A stretch of 64,000 nt of DNA from Sedimentisphaerales bacterium. GTDB lineage: Bacteria; Planctomycetota; Phycisphaerae; Sedimentisphaerales; SM23-30. Of the stretch, positions 55,615-64,000 are shown piece by piece. The first letter of the stretch is position 1. Every line of letters begins with the position of its first letter. The notes beneath the pieces are model-generated. The model had not been told where the DNA came from. It worked only from the letters and a program-made list of their open reading frames with translations, and did no database searches. The stretch covers positions 448,001-512,000 of the forward strand of contig CAXXMR010000009.1 in NCBI GenBank assembly GCA_963663805.2, in the 5' to 3' direction. Made by a program: the position numbers and the translations under genes.

Positions 55615-55804
55615 TTTGGCCCCTTTGGGGCTTTTGGTTGTTTTTGTCAATCGCTCCGGATACCACAGAGGCATTAGGCATGATGCAAAGGGCAAGAGTG
55701 AACGGCGCGGCGCCTGCTTCGGCAGGGTTATTTTTATTTTTTGCTTCAATACGGGGGCTCACGCCGCTCGGCTATGCGTTCTTACGCCCCCTTCGGGGTC
55801 TTTT
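55615..55804. repeat. REP-like element related to 3311-3410, interrupted by ~90 bp
   Basis: Two halves match the reverse complement of 3311-3410. Confidence 0.7.
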
Positions 55805-55831
55805 AACGAAAAAACTGTGAACGGTGAACGG

Positions 55832-56722
55832 TTAGAATTTTCTATCGCTTAGTTTTTCGTAAGCTTCGACATATTTTGCCAGGGTTCCTTCGATAACTTC
55901 GGGGGGCAATTTCGGTCCCGGAGGCTGTTTGTTGAAGCTAATGCTTTCGAGGTAATTACGCACGAACTGTTTATCGTAGCTTTCCTGGTCTCGTCCGTCT
56001 GCGTATTTTTCGGCAGGCCAGAAACGCGATGAATCGGGTGTCAGGACTTCGTCGATGAGGATGATATTTTCGTTTTCGTCGTAGCCCCATTCAAACTTGG
56101 TATCGGCCAGAATAATGCCCCGCTGGGCGGCGTATTGGCTGGCTTTGACGTAAATTTCGATACTGCTGACGCGAACATATTTCGCGGCGATATGGCCGAT
56201 GATTTCGGCGGCCCGGTCATAGCTGATATTTTCGTCATGTTCGCCCAGTTCGGCTTTGGTGGCCGGTGTAAAAATTGGTTCGGGCAGTTTGCCGCATTGT
56301 TTGAGTCCGTTGGGCAGTTTATGGCCGCACACGGTTTGCGACTGCGTATATTCTTTCCAGCCGGAACCGGCCAGATAGCCGCGAACCACACACTCGACCG
56401 GCAGCACTTTGGCTTTGCGAACCAGCATACTACGGCCTTCAAACTGTTCGGGGGTATCACTGAACGGCTGGGGGAAATCCTTCACGTCGGCACTTATCAG
56501 GTGGTTCTGCACCGAATCACCCAGCCATTCCAGCCAGAAAAGCGAAATCTGCGTTAAGAGTTTACCTTTGCCGGGAATACCGTTGGCCATGATAACATCA
56601 AAGGCACTGATACGGTCGGTGGCGACCAGCAGCATTTTATCGCCCAGGTCGTAGATGTCCCTGACTTTTCCGCGGATTGGTTCATAGCCGGGGACTTCAG
56701 TTTGCATTATGGCCTGACTCAT
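55832..56722 (-). CDS. purC: Phosphoribosylaminoimidazolesuccinocarboxamide (SAICAR) synthase
   Basis: GKVRDIY, TDRISAFD, ECVVRGYLAGSG, ADTKFEWG, DEVLTPDSSRFW. Confidence 0.97.
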   Translation of the reverse strand: MSQAIMQTEVPGYEPIRGKVRDIYDLGDKMLLVATDRISAFDVIMANGIPGKGKLLTQISLFWLEWLGDSVQNHLISADVKDFPQPFSDTPEQFEGRSMLVRKAKVLPVECVVRGYLAGSGWKEYTQSQTVCGHKLPNGLKQCGKLPEPIFTPATKAELGEHDENISYDRAAEIIGHIAAKYVRVSSIEIYVKASQYAAQRGIILADTKFEWGYDENENIILIDEVLTPDSSRFWPAEKYADGRDQESYDKQFVRNYLESISFNKQPPGPKLPPEVIEGTLAKYVEAYEKLSDRKF

Positions 56723-56763
56723 GAGAAAACCTTTCGTGATTTCCAGTATTGAAAAAAGTAAAG

Positions 56764-57666
56764 TTACGCTTCCGCACTTTCAACAGCGGCAGCCGGTTTG
56801 GATGCTTCTTTGGCGTTTTTACCTACATATACAAAAAGATTACGCGGGCATTTTTCGACCGCTTCTTCGCGTCCCTGGGCGGTTTCATATTTCTCGTAGT
56901 TGAGCACTGGCAGAGCGTTATCCATGGTGAACAGCTCCGGGGCTTTCTTGGCACAAACGGTACAGCCGATACAGCCGACTTTGCAATAACCGCGGACTTC
57001 TTTGGCTTTATCGTGAGATTTGCAGCCGACTACCAGCAGCGGGTCGGCGACCATGGCTTCAATCGAGATGATATTTCGGGGACAGGCGGTTTCGCAGGCG
57101 CCACAGCCGACACATTTGGTGTAATCGACCACCGCCAGTCCGTCAATAATGTGAATCGCGTCGAAGTCGCAGGCCTTAACACAATCGCCCTGGCCCAAAC
57201 AGCCGTAAGTACAGCCAATCGCCCCACCGACCATCTGGGCTTCCATACACCCTTCCAGACCATCGTATTTGGTGCCGCTAATCATATCATCGCTATGGGC
57301 TGAACAATGCACAATTGCCCGCATGGGAGCGTCGGCGGCTGCTTCGATGCCGAGAATCTCGGCCATCTTATGTACCAGAGCTTCGCCGCCCGGTCCGCAT
57401 TTACCCATTAGAGCATGGTCGGCGACAACCGCTTCGGCATAAGCACCGCAGCCGGCCAGTCCGCAGCCTCCGCAATTGGCACCGGGCAAGACTGCTTCGA
57501 TGGCTTCGACTACCGGGTCGCGTTCCACTTTCAGCCGGGCATAGGCGGCGCTAAGCACTACGACAAACAAAAAGCCCAAAGCCAGAACCGTCAGCCCCGC
57601 TTTGATTACCGAAGCCGGGTCAACCGCTGCCAAAATCGCGTTGTTATTAAGAATTTCGTAAATCAT
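56764..57666 (-). CDS. rnfB: Rnf complex subunit B
   Basis: LPGANCGGCGLAGC and several 4Fe-4S motifs. Confidence 0.93.
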   Translation of the reverse strand: MIYEILNNNAILAAVDPASVIKAGLTVLALGFLFVVVLSAAYARLKVERDPVVEAIEAVLPGANCGGCGLAGCGAYAEAVVADHALMGKCGPGGEALVHKMAEILGIEAAADAPMRAIVHCSAHSDDMISGTKYDGLEGCMEAQMVGGAIGCTYGCLGQGDCVKACDFDAIHIIDGLAVVDYTKCVGCGACETACPRNIISIEAMVADPLLVVGCKSHDKAKEVRGYCKVGCIGCTVCAKKAPELFTMDNALPVLNYEKYETAQGREEAVEKCPRNLFVYVGKNAKEASKPAAAVESAEA

Positions 57667-57716
57667 TTTTAATCCGTCTGTCGAGTTTGTCTCTGTGTAA
57701 CAGTCAGGTTTGTTTG

Positions 57717-58304
57717 TTACTTAATCATGCCGGAAAAGCCCATAAAGGCCAGCGTCATGATCGCCGCGGTGATGAGGGTAATACCCGCCCCCCGCATATC
57801 ACGTGGAATATCAGCCCATTCCAGCGTCTCGCGGATACCGCCCATGACGCAGATAACAAAGGTAAAGCCCAGCCCCCCGCCGATGCTGGCGACCAAAGCC
57901 TCCAGGAAATTGTAGCCCCACAAATCGATGAACAGGCATGTGCCCAGAATCGCACAGTTAGTGGTAATCAGGGGCAGGAAAATACCGAAACTTTCGTACA
58001 GGGGCGGGAAGAATTTGCGTACATACATCTCCACCAACTGCACCATACTGGCGATAACCATGATGAAGGCAATGTACTTGAGGTATTCCATGCCGATTTG
58101 CTGGAGGACCAGGTTATTGATTATCCAGGTGAGTGTGCCGCTGATGGTCATAACAAAAGTTACGGCACAGCCCATGCCAAAGGCCATATCGACCCGGCGG
58201 GAAACGCCCAAATAGGGACAAATACCCAGAAACTTGGTCAATACCAGATTGTTGACGATGGCGATGGAAATGAAAACTATTATCAGGTGACCAACAGTAT
58301 CCAT
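57717..58304 (-). CDS. rnfA: Rnf complex subunit A
   Basis: FLGICPYLGVS, LPLITTNCAILG. Confidence 0.95.
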   Translation of the reverse strand: MDTVGHLIIVFISIAIVNNLVLTKFLGICPYLGVSRRVDMAFGMGCAVTFVMTISGTLTWIINNLVLQQIGMEYLKYIAFIMVIASMVQLVEMYVRKFFPPLYESFGIFLPLITTNCAILGTCLFIDLWGYNFLEALVASIGGGLGFTFVICVMGGIRETLEWADIPRDMRGAGITLITAAIMTLAFMGFSGMIK

Positions 58305-58350
58305 ATTTGCTTCTTTCTATAGTTTGCTGCTGTTCAGTTACTAATTACTA

Positions 58351-59010
58351 TTACAGGTCCGCCGGGGCCGCCTTTTTACTTTTCTTGCGGGTGGCCCACA
58401 TGGCGATACCAAGCATGATTCCCAAAGTCATAAACGCACCGGCGGGCAGTTTCATTACGTTCCAGGTGACAAAACAATCCGGCATAATACGATGGCCCCA
58501 GAGAGCGCCATCTGCCAGAAGCTCACGCACCGCTGCCAAAGCACACAGCCCGCCGGTAAATCCCAATCCCATGCCCAGTGCGTCGCCCAGACTGATAATC
58601 AGTCCGTTACGACTGCCGCAGGCTTCGGCTCGACCGATGATGAGGCAGTTTACGATAATCAGCGGGACATAAGGTCCGAGCTTCTCGCTCATTTCCGGCA
58701 GGAACGCCTGCAAGAGCAAATCCGCGATGGTTACGAACGCCGAAATCGTCAGCGTAAACATCAAAATACGCAGGTGCCCTACCAGCAGATTACGCATCAG
58801 CGAAACGACCAGATTCGAGCAGACCAGCACAAAGGTAGTTGCCGCCCCCATCGTCAGGGCCGGCTGGAGCTGGCCGGTTACCGCCAGCGTGGGACACATG
58901 CCCAGCAATTGTCTGAAGACAGCGTTTTCCGCCCATAAACCGCGGACAAAAAATGCCATCGATTCAACTGCAGCGGATTTTTGTTGAGGATTTTCGGACA
59001 TAACAGTCAA
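58351..59010 (-). CDS. rnfE: Rnf complex subunit E
   Basis: LGMCPTLAVT, PLIIVNCLIIGRAE, AVRELL. Confidence 0.95.
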   Translation of the reverse strand: MTVMSENPQQKSAAVESMAFFVRGLWAENAVFRQLLGMCPTLAVTGQLQPALTMGAATTFVLVCSNLVVSLMRNLLVGHLRILMFTLTISAFVTIADLLLQAFLPEMSEKLGPYVPLIIVNCLIIGRAEACGSRNGLIISLGDALGMGLGFTGGLCALAAVRELLADGALWGHRIMPDCFVTWNVMKLPAGAFMTLGIMLGIAMWATRKKSKKAAPADL

Positions 59011-59034
59011 CCTTTAATCTATTCTCTCAGGTGA

Positions 59035-59610
59035 TTACTTTTTGACAACCGCACGCATTTTCAAAATGGCCCGGTTGACGATCTGAGTTACCGCGTCAGA
59101 GCTGATGGTCGCTCCGGTAATCGCGACGATTTCCCGGTCGGCCTTGCTGCGGTCGCCGGTGAGTACCACCACAAGTTTATCCTGAGCGGGACAGCCGCCG
59201 AACTGATTTTTGAATTCATCTTCCTTGATTTTGTCGCCAAAACCCGGCGTTTCGTTACTTTTCAAAACCGCCATACCTTTGACACTGGTAATGTCAGGAT
59301 TGAAAGCTATCAGCAGCTCGATATTGTCGGCGAACCCGCCTCCGCTGGTCTTGAACGCGTAACCAAGCACCTTGCCGGTATTGTCCTTGCCGACGCTGAA
59401 CTTGATTTCCTCGCCGGTGTCGGTCGTTGCGGTCTGAGAATCGAAACTATCGGCATCGCTGAGCAGTACATGCAGTTTATCGTTGAGTTTGTCCTGAGCG
59501 TTCTGGGCGATGCGGTCTTTCAATTGGCCATGCACGCCCGCTACCAATAGGCCAAATACCAGCGAGGCCAGCATAACAAGCCAGGAATCTTTTAGGAAAT
59601 TTATAATCAT
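59035..59610 (-). CDS. rnfG: Rnf complex subunit G (FMN-binding)
   Basis: ETPGFG and ITGATISS flavinylation motif. Confidence 0.93.
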   Translation of the reverse strand: MIINFLKDSWLVMLASLVFGLLVAGVHGQLKDRIAQNAQDKLNDKLHVLLSDADSFDSQTATTDTGEEIKFSVGKDNTGKVLGYAFKTSGGGFADNIELLIAFNPDITSVKGMAVLKSNETPGFGDKIKEDEFKNQFGGCPAQDKLVVVLTGDRSKADREIVAITGATISSDAVTQIVNRAILKMRAVVKK

Positions 59611-60638
59611 TTAACCGAGCCTCCCATCGTACGCGGCCTGGTCCAGCGGTCCAAGAGCGGAGTCATCATGTTCATCAGCAAAATTGCGTACATAACACCT
59701 TCGGGGTAGCCCCCTACCAAACGAATCAGCATAATTAGCGTACCCACGCCAGCACCGAAAACCAGTCTGCCCGTTTTGCTCAGCGGACAGGAAACCGGGT
59801 CGGTCGCGATGAAGAACGCACACATCATCAGACCCCCACCGCATAAATGCACCAGCGGGTTGGGATAAATTTGCGAATCAATCAGCCAGGCAATCGCCGC
59901 GAACGCCAATGCCGAACCCAGCACCGCAACCGGAATATGCCAAGTGATGGTTTTGCGATAAAGCAGAAACAGCCCGCCGATAAGCCAGCACAACGCCGAA
60001 GTCTCACCGGCTGAACCACTGACATTACCCATGAACATCGAACCAATCAGTTTGTTGACTGGTCCAGCTGTGGCTTTTTGCTCGGCGGGAATTTCGTCGT
60101 TGGCGGCGTCTTTGATGGCTTGCTTGGCGAGCATGAGAGGTGTTGCCGCTGATACACTGTCGATTTCGCTCTGCTGTTGCGGTGCCTGCCAAGTCGTCAT
60201 CATCAAGCCAAAACTGGCCATCAGGAACGCCCTGCCCACCATCGCGGGATTGAAGATATTACTACCCAGTCCGCCAAAGAGCATCTTGGCAACCGCGGTA
60301 GCGACTACCGAACCCAGCACCGCCGCCCATATCGGCAGGCCCGGCGGCAGGGACAGCCCCAGGATTAAACCGGTTACGATAACACTGCCGTCGAAGCAGG
60401 TCTGCCTCTTGCCGCGGGCGGCATTAAATATCGCCTCGGTCAGCACGCAGGTAGCCACGCAAGCCAGAATCAGGCCCAGAGCGGTCGTGCCGAAAAGGTA
60501 AACCGCCATGCCCAGCGCCGGCAATGTGCCGAAAGCGACTTCAAACATAATTCGCTTACTGGTGCCCGCGTCCATCAAATGGGGCGAGGAGGTAACGGTC
60601 AGAATCAGATTTTTCTCAGTTTTTTCTTCTTGTGCCAT
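59607..60638 (-). CDS. rnfD: Rnf complex subunit D
   Basis: SSPH, FGGLGSNIFNPAMVG, SAATPL, GSAGETS, ATDPVS, GYPEGV. Confidence 0.96.
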   Translation of the reverse strand: MAQEEKTEKNLILTVTSSPHLMDAGTSKRIMFEVAFGTLPALGMAVYLFGTTALGLILACVATCVLTEAIFNAARGKRQTCFDGSVIVTGLILGLSLPPGLPIWAAVLGSVVATAVAKMLFGGLGSNIFNPAMVGRAFLMASFGLMMTTWQAPQQQSEIDSVSAATPLMLAKQAIKDAANDEIPAEQKATAGPVNKLIGSMFMGNVSGSAGETSALCWLIGGLFLLYRKTITWHIPVAVLGSALAFAAIAWLIDSQIYPNPLVHLCGGGLMMCAFFIATDPVSCPLSKTGRLVFGAGVGTLIMLIRLVGGYPEGVMYAILLMNMMTPLLDRWTRPRTMGGSVK

Positions 60639-60675
60639 TTACGGTTCCAAATTCAAGATAAACAGCCTAAGTAAT

Positions 60676-62034
60676 TTATTTCCGGGCGAGCATCTTGCCG
60701 GCCCGCAGATATTGCAGCAGCGGAATCTGGGCCGGACATACGTAAGTGCAGCAGCCGCATTCCATACATGCCATCAGGTCATACGCCCTGGCATCGTCGA
60801 TATTTCGGGCCTTGACAGCGTGGGCCATGCGGGTCGGTACCAGATTCATCGGGCAAATATCTACACAGCGACCGCAGCGAATACAGGTCGTGATTTCCAA
60901 ATCGCGAACTTCGTCATGGGTCAGCACCGTAATGCCGCTGGTGCCTTTGGTAATAGGAACATCCAGATTGATAGCCGTCGGCCCCATCATCGGTCCGCCC
61001 AGGAGCACCTTGGCAGAGTTGTCGGTCAGGCCGCCGCATTCCTGCAATAAATCGCTGAGCATCATGCCGACCGGCACCCGAAAATTACCGGGATTTACTA
61101 CCCCTTTGCCGGTAACGGTTACAATACGCTGAGTAACTGCCCTTTCTTCATAGCAGGCCCAGAGAATCGATGCGCATGTGCCGACATTACTGACCACCAC
61201 CCCCACATCGCTGGGCAGTCCGCCGGTGGGTACTTCGCGGTCCATTACCGCTTTGATGAGCTGCTTCTCACCGCCCTGCGGGTATTTTGTCTGGCAGATA
61301 GCGATCTGCACATCGTCAAACCTTTTAATTTCGTTCAGCATCGAGTCAATCGCATCGGGTTTGTTGTCTTCGATAGCGATAATGATTTTTTGGGCCCCTA
61401 CCGCTTTCTGGGCCAGACGGGCACCTGCCACGATTGTCGATGGTGCTTCGAGCATCAGGCGATGGTCGCTGGTCAGGTACGGTTCACATTCACAGCCGTT
61501 CAGCAATAGTGTATCGACTGGTTTTTCCGGATTGGGTGTCAGTTTGACCGCTGCCGGGAACGCTGCCCCGCCCTGCCCGACGATGCCTGCCTGACGAATC
61601 AAATCCAGAATCTGTTTTGATTCGTATTTGCTCACCTCAAAATCATCCGGGCAATCGGTCCAGACCTGATTTTCCGGTTGCTGCTGGCCTACCGTAATAG
61701 TGACACAGTTCACCCGACGTTCGTTGCCGCCAGTCGGGTCGCGCAGCACGGCCACATCCTTCACCTCGCCGTTGACCGGACTGTGGACCGGGGCCGAAAC
61801 GAAAGCCTCGGCACTACCGACCACCTCGCCGGCGGTTACCGCCTGTTTTTTCTCCACCGTCGGCTTGCAGGGCGCGCCGATATGCTGAGCCATCGGAATT
61901 AGCACCGTTTGACCGGGCTGGAGGTGAATTTGACGGACAGGGACGGATTCGCTGTATTTCTTCCGATGCGGAGGATGAACCCCGCCGGGGAAAGTACATT
62001 TTCCTATCACTTTTTTGAGTGCGTTAGCCATCAT
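60676..62034 (-). CDS. rnfC: Rnf complex subunit C
   Basis: GGVHP, QHIGAP, GIVGQGGAAFP, ECEPYLTSD, CIRCGRC, CMECGCC. Confidence 0.96.
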   Translation of the reverse strand: MMANALKKVIGKCTFPGGVHPPHRKKYSESVPVRQIHLQPGQTVLIPMAQHIGAPCKPTVEKKQAVTAGEVVGSAEAFVSAPVHSPVNGEVKDVAVLRDPTGGNERRVNCVTITVGQQQPENQVWTDCPDDFEVSKYESKQILDLIRQAGIVGQGGAAFPAAVKLTPNPEKPVDTLLLNGCECEPYLTSDHRLMLEAPSTIVAGARLAQKAVGAQKIIIAIEDNKPDAIDSMLNEIKRFDDVQIAICQTKYPQGGEKQLIKAVMDREVPTGGLPSDVGVVVSNVGTCASILWACYEERAVTQRIVTVTGKGVVNPGNFRVPVGMMLSDLLQECGGLTDNSAKVLLGGPMMGPTAINLDVPITKGTSGITVLTHDEVRDLEITTCIRCGRCVDICPMNLVPTRMAHAVKARNIDDARAYDLMACMECGCCTYVCPAQIPLLQYLRAGKMLARK

Positions 62035-62084
62035 AAGCCTGCTGATAACCTTAGTTTCCGTTTACCAAGTACGATAAACCAAAG

Positions 62085-62113
62085 AGGATAAACCAGACTC
62101 CCCCCCCAGGCAA
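62085..62113 (-). promoter_or_regulatory. Putative sigma70 promoter of the rnf operon with a G8 tract in the spacer
   Basis: TTGCCT-GGGGGGGGAGTCTGGTT-TATCCT (17-nt spacer). Confidence 0.45.
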
Positions 62114-62165
62114 CCATATTTTTATCGACCGGTACAAATTACCCTAACTGCCAATGTGGTCGGCC

Positions 62166-63146
62166 CTATTTATCGAGGATGCCGAAGGCCATTATGGGCA
62201 TACCAGGGAACGCCGCCGAGGAATCCGAATGCCCCAGTACAAGTGCCTGCTCTTTAGCGGTGACGGTTTCCTGGAGTTTGCCGAACGCGTTGACAATGCG
62301 GGCGATAGGCTGGCCGGGCTGGACCTCATCACCAGATTTTGCCAGAAACCGGATGATACCGGTGCGGGAGACATAAGGTTTGTCGGAATAGCGCAGGACT
62401 TTTCCGCCGGTATACTGTTCCGGCAGCGGATATTGGAAAACCTGGTTCCGCGGCGCGATTAGCCCCAACTGAGCCATAATATTCCAGATGGCCTCCTGCC
62501 CATAAGCGACATTGATTTCACTAACGGTCTGGGCCCGTCCCAGTTCCAGTGTCAAGGCCGGCACATCCCGTATGATGAGGTTATTCGAAAGAGCCTTGTT
62601 GATTTCTTCGCTATCGGTAATAGAGCAGAAACCCGAAGCCTGAGCGACTTTAACCGCTTTCTGATAAGTAGTTTTGTGCTTCGGTCCGGGGTTATGGTCC
62701 AGCAGTGCATAAGGCAGGGATTCAATCCAGTCATTGTGCAAATCCAGCACCAGGTTAGGCTGGGTATCCATTATGGTAGTGAAAATTATATGGGCGATTC
62801 GCTCACCCAGCGACCCTTGCGGATTACCCGGAAACGAGCGGTTCAGGTCTTCGCGGCTCATCATGATATTGCGTGAGCCGGTTTCAAAGCCCAGCGGGTT
62901 CATCAGCGGAAAAGCGTGCACCGCCCCGCAAAGCAGCCGCGTCCGGATTTTGCGAAACACTTCCTGAATAATCACTATCCCCCCCACCTCATCGCCGTGA
63001 CTGCAAGCGGTAAGCCAGAGCACCGGCCCCGGCTTATCGCTAACCGCCGACATCATCGGCAGCCGCCGCTGGGCCAAATCAGAACCACTCAGAATCCGCA
63101 AAAACGAATATTTGATCTTCGGACGGGAATTATTTGCAGTAACCAT
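62166..63146 (-). CDS. Succinylglutamate desuccinylase/aspartoacylase family (M14) protein
   Basis: HGDE, DLNRSFPG, DLH, ELG motifs; C-terminal biotinyl-like barrel. Confidence 0.9.
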   Translation of the reverse strand: MVTANNSRPKIKYSFLRILSGSDLAQRRLPMMSAVSDKPGPVLWLTACSHGDEVGGIVIIQEVFRKIRTRLLCGAVHAFPLMNPLGFETGSRNIMMSREDLNRSFPGNPQGSLGERIAHIIFTTIMDTQPNLVLDLHNDWIESLPYALLDHNPGPKHKTTYQKAVKVAQASGFCSITDSEEINKALSNNLIIRDVPALTLELGRAQTVSEINVAYGQEAIWNIMAQLGLIAPRNQVFQYPLPEQYTGGKVLRYSDKPYVSRTGIIRFLAKSGDEVQPGQPIARIVNAFGKLQETVTAKEQALVLGHSDSSAAFPGMPIMAFGILDK

Positions 63147-63243
63147 TATATCTTTCCATACAGGCCACAGTGAACCAACCAGGCAACCTGCCGGAATTAT
63201 AATTCTCCACTATCGGATAAGCAATTGATTAATTATCCTCAGT

Positions 63244-64000
63244 TCAGGCTCTACGCCGACGCCGCAAACCCAAACCGCCCAGCGCCAGCAGGACCAGACT
63301 TGCCGGTTCCGGGATGACATATTCGATACGCAGGGTATTGCTGTCAGCCATATAGACATCCCAGGCGTAATCATCCTCGGCCGTCATACTGATGCCCAGA
63401 TTATTGATACCCGTCGAAGCGACCAGAACATCGTAATAGCTGCCCTCGGTGGGCACGAAACCGTTCAGCAGGCTCACATCCAGCAACCCGCCCAAATCAA
63501 TCGGCCCGGTGATATTCAGCAGGCCCGCTCCGGTATCATCGACATTGACCATCAGCACACCGCTCTGGACCACATCGCCGATAATAGTAAATATCCCGGT
63601 CCCGTCGGCACCCAGCTTACCCTGGCTGGCGAAATCAACCTGGGCGACATTCAAAATACCCTGCCCCATCAAATAACCGCCGGCCTGATTAGTAAAGCTG
63701 TCACCCACGCAGGTCGTAGTCCCGGACAAAACATTGAAAAGACCGCTGTTGACATGGTCCGCGTCCGTAATACCCAGCGAAACCGTATCAGCGGCAGTGA
63801 ACAGCCCGCGATTATCAAGCTGCGTACCGATTGAGCAATATCTGCCCGCGGCATTGAAAGTATGTTCCGGCCCATTAATCAGCGTATCGCCGGCCTGGCT
63901 CTGATATAGCCTCTGGTTGTAACCGCCCGGCACATAATTCACACTGCCGGTTCCGTTAAGCGTGGCCGTGCCGTCAATTCTCAGGGCTACGTAATTGGAA
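63244..64000 (-). CDS. PEP-CTERM sorting domain protein (5' part outside window)
   Basis: C-terminal IPEPASLVLLALGGLGLRRRRRA; frame is open to the window edge. Confidence 0.92.
   Translation of the reverse strand, partial: SNYVALRIDGTATLNGTGSVNYVPGGYNQRLYQSQAGDTLINGPEHTFNAAGRYCSIGTQLDNRGLFTAADTVSLGITDADHVNSGLFNVLSGTTTCVGDSFTNQAGGYLMGQGILNVAQVDFASQGKLGADGTGIFTIIGDVVQSGVLMVNVDDTGAGLLNITGPIDLGGLLDVSLLNGFVPTEGSYYDVLVASTGINNLGISMTAEDDYAWDVYMADSNTLRIEYVIPEPASLVLLALGGLGLRRRRRA

Noticed and set aside
55606..55749. N-terminal extension of the MazG-like ORF
   Set aside because: It is translated REP-like repeat DNA; family resemblance begins at MPDNKTT (55605).
1..64000. tRNA or rRNA genes
   Set aside because: No cloverleaf/T-loop signature or rRNA-like sequence noticed by eye; tRNAscan-SE or barrnap would be decisive.

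Overview
64 kb of an anaerobic, sugar-fermenting bacterium. The LEPRxLL leader, GLUG/dockerin-like protein, PEP-CTERM, sulfatase and Rnf point to Planctomycetota, probably Phycisphaerae/Sedimentisphaerales (inference). In order: a TRAP/MFS/GH78 carbohydrate locus; HEAT-repeat and other hypothetical genes; one giant (~12.7 kb, ~4,200 aa) secreted LEPRxLL protein with a C-terminal HExxH metalloprotease motif, broken by many homopolymer frameshifts that look like long-read errors; a corrinoid protein; a BNR hydrolase; a GLUG-repeat protein flanked by REP-like palindromes; a decayed phage-like remnant and a truncated PD-(D/E)xK nuclease cut by an IS3 element; hisI; PilZ and hybrid kinase genes; trpB2; sulfatase; rhomboid; a UroD-family/AraC pair; CoA-transferase-GNAT plus ADP-forming acetate-CoA ligase; miaA; a chromosomal dif site (53588-53615) with KOPS-like octamers pointing towards it; purC; rnfCDGEAB; an M14 deacylase; and a partial PEP-CTERM gene. 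The best candidate for something new is the ~270 bp tail of the IS3 element, which has its own sigma70-like promoter and a multi-stem folded RNA, i.e. a possible IS-encoded ncRNA. All calls come from reading the sequence; no database searches were run.
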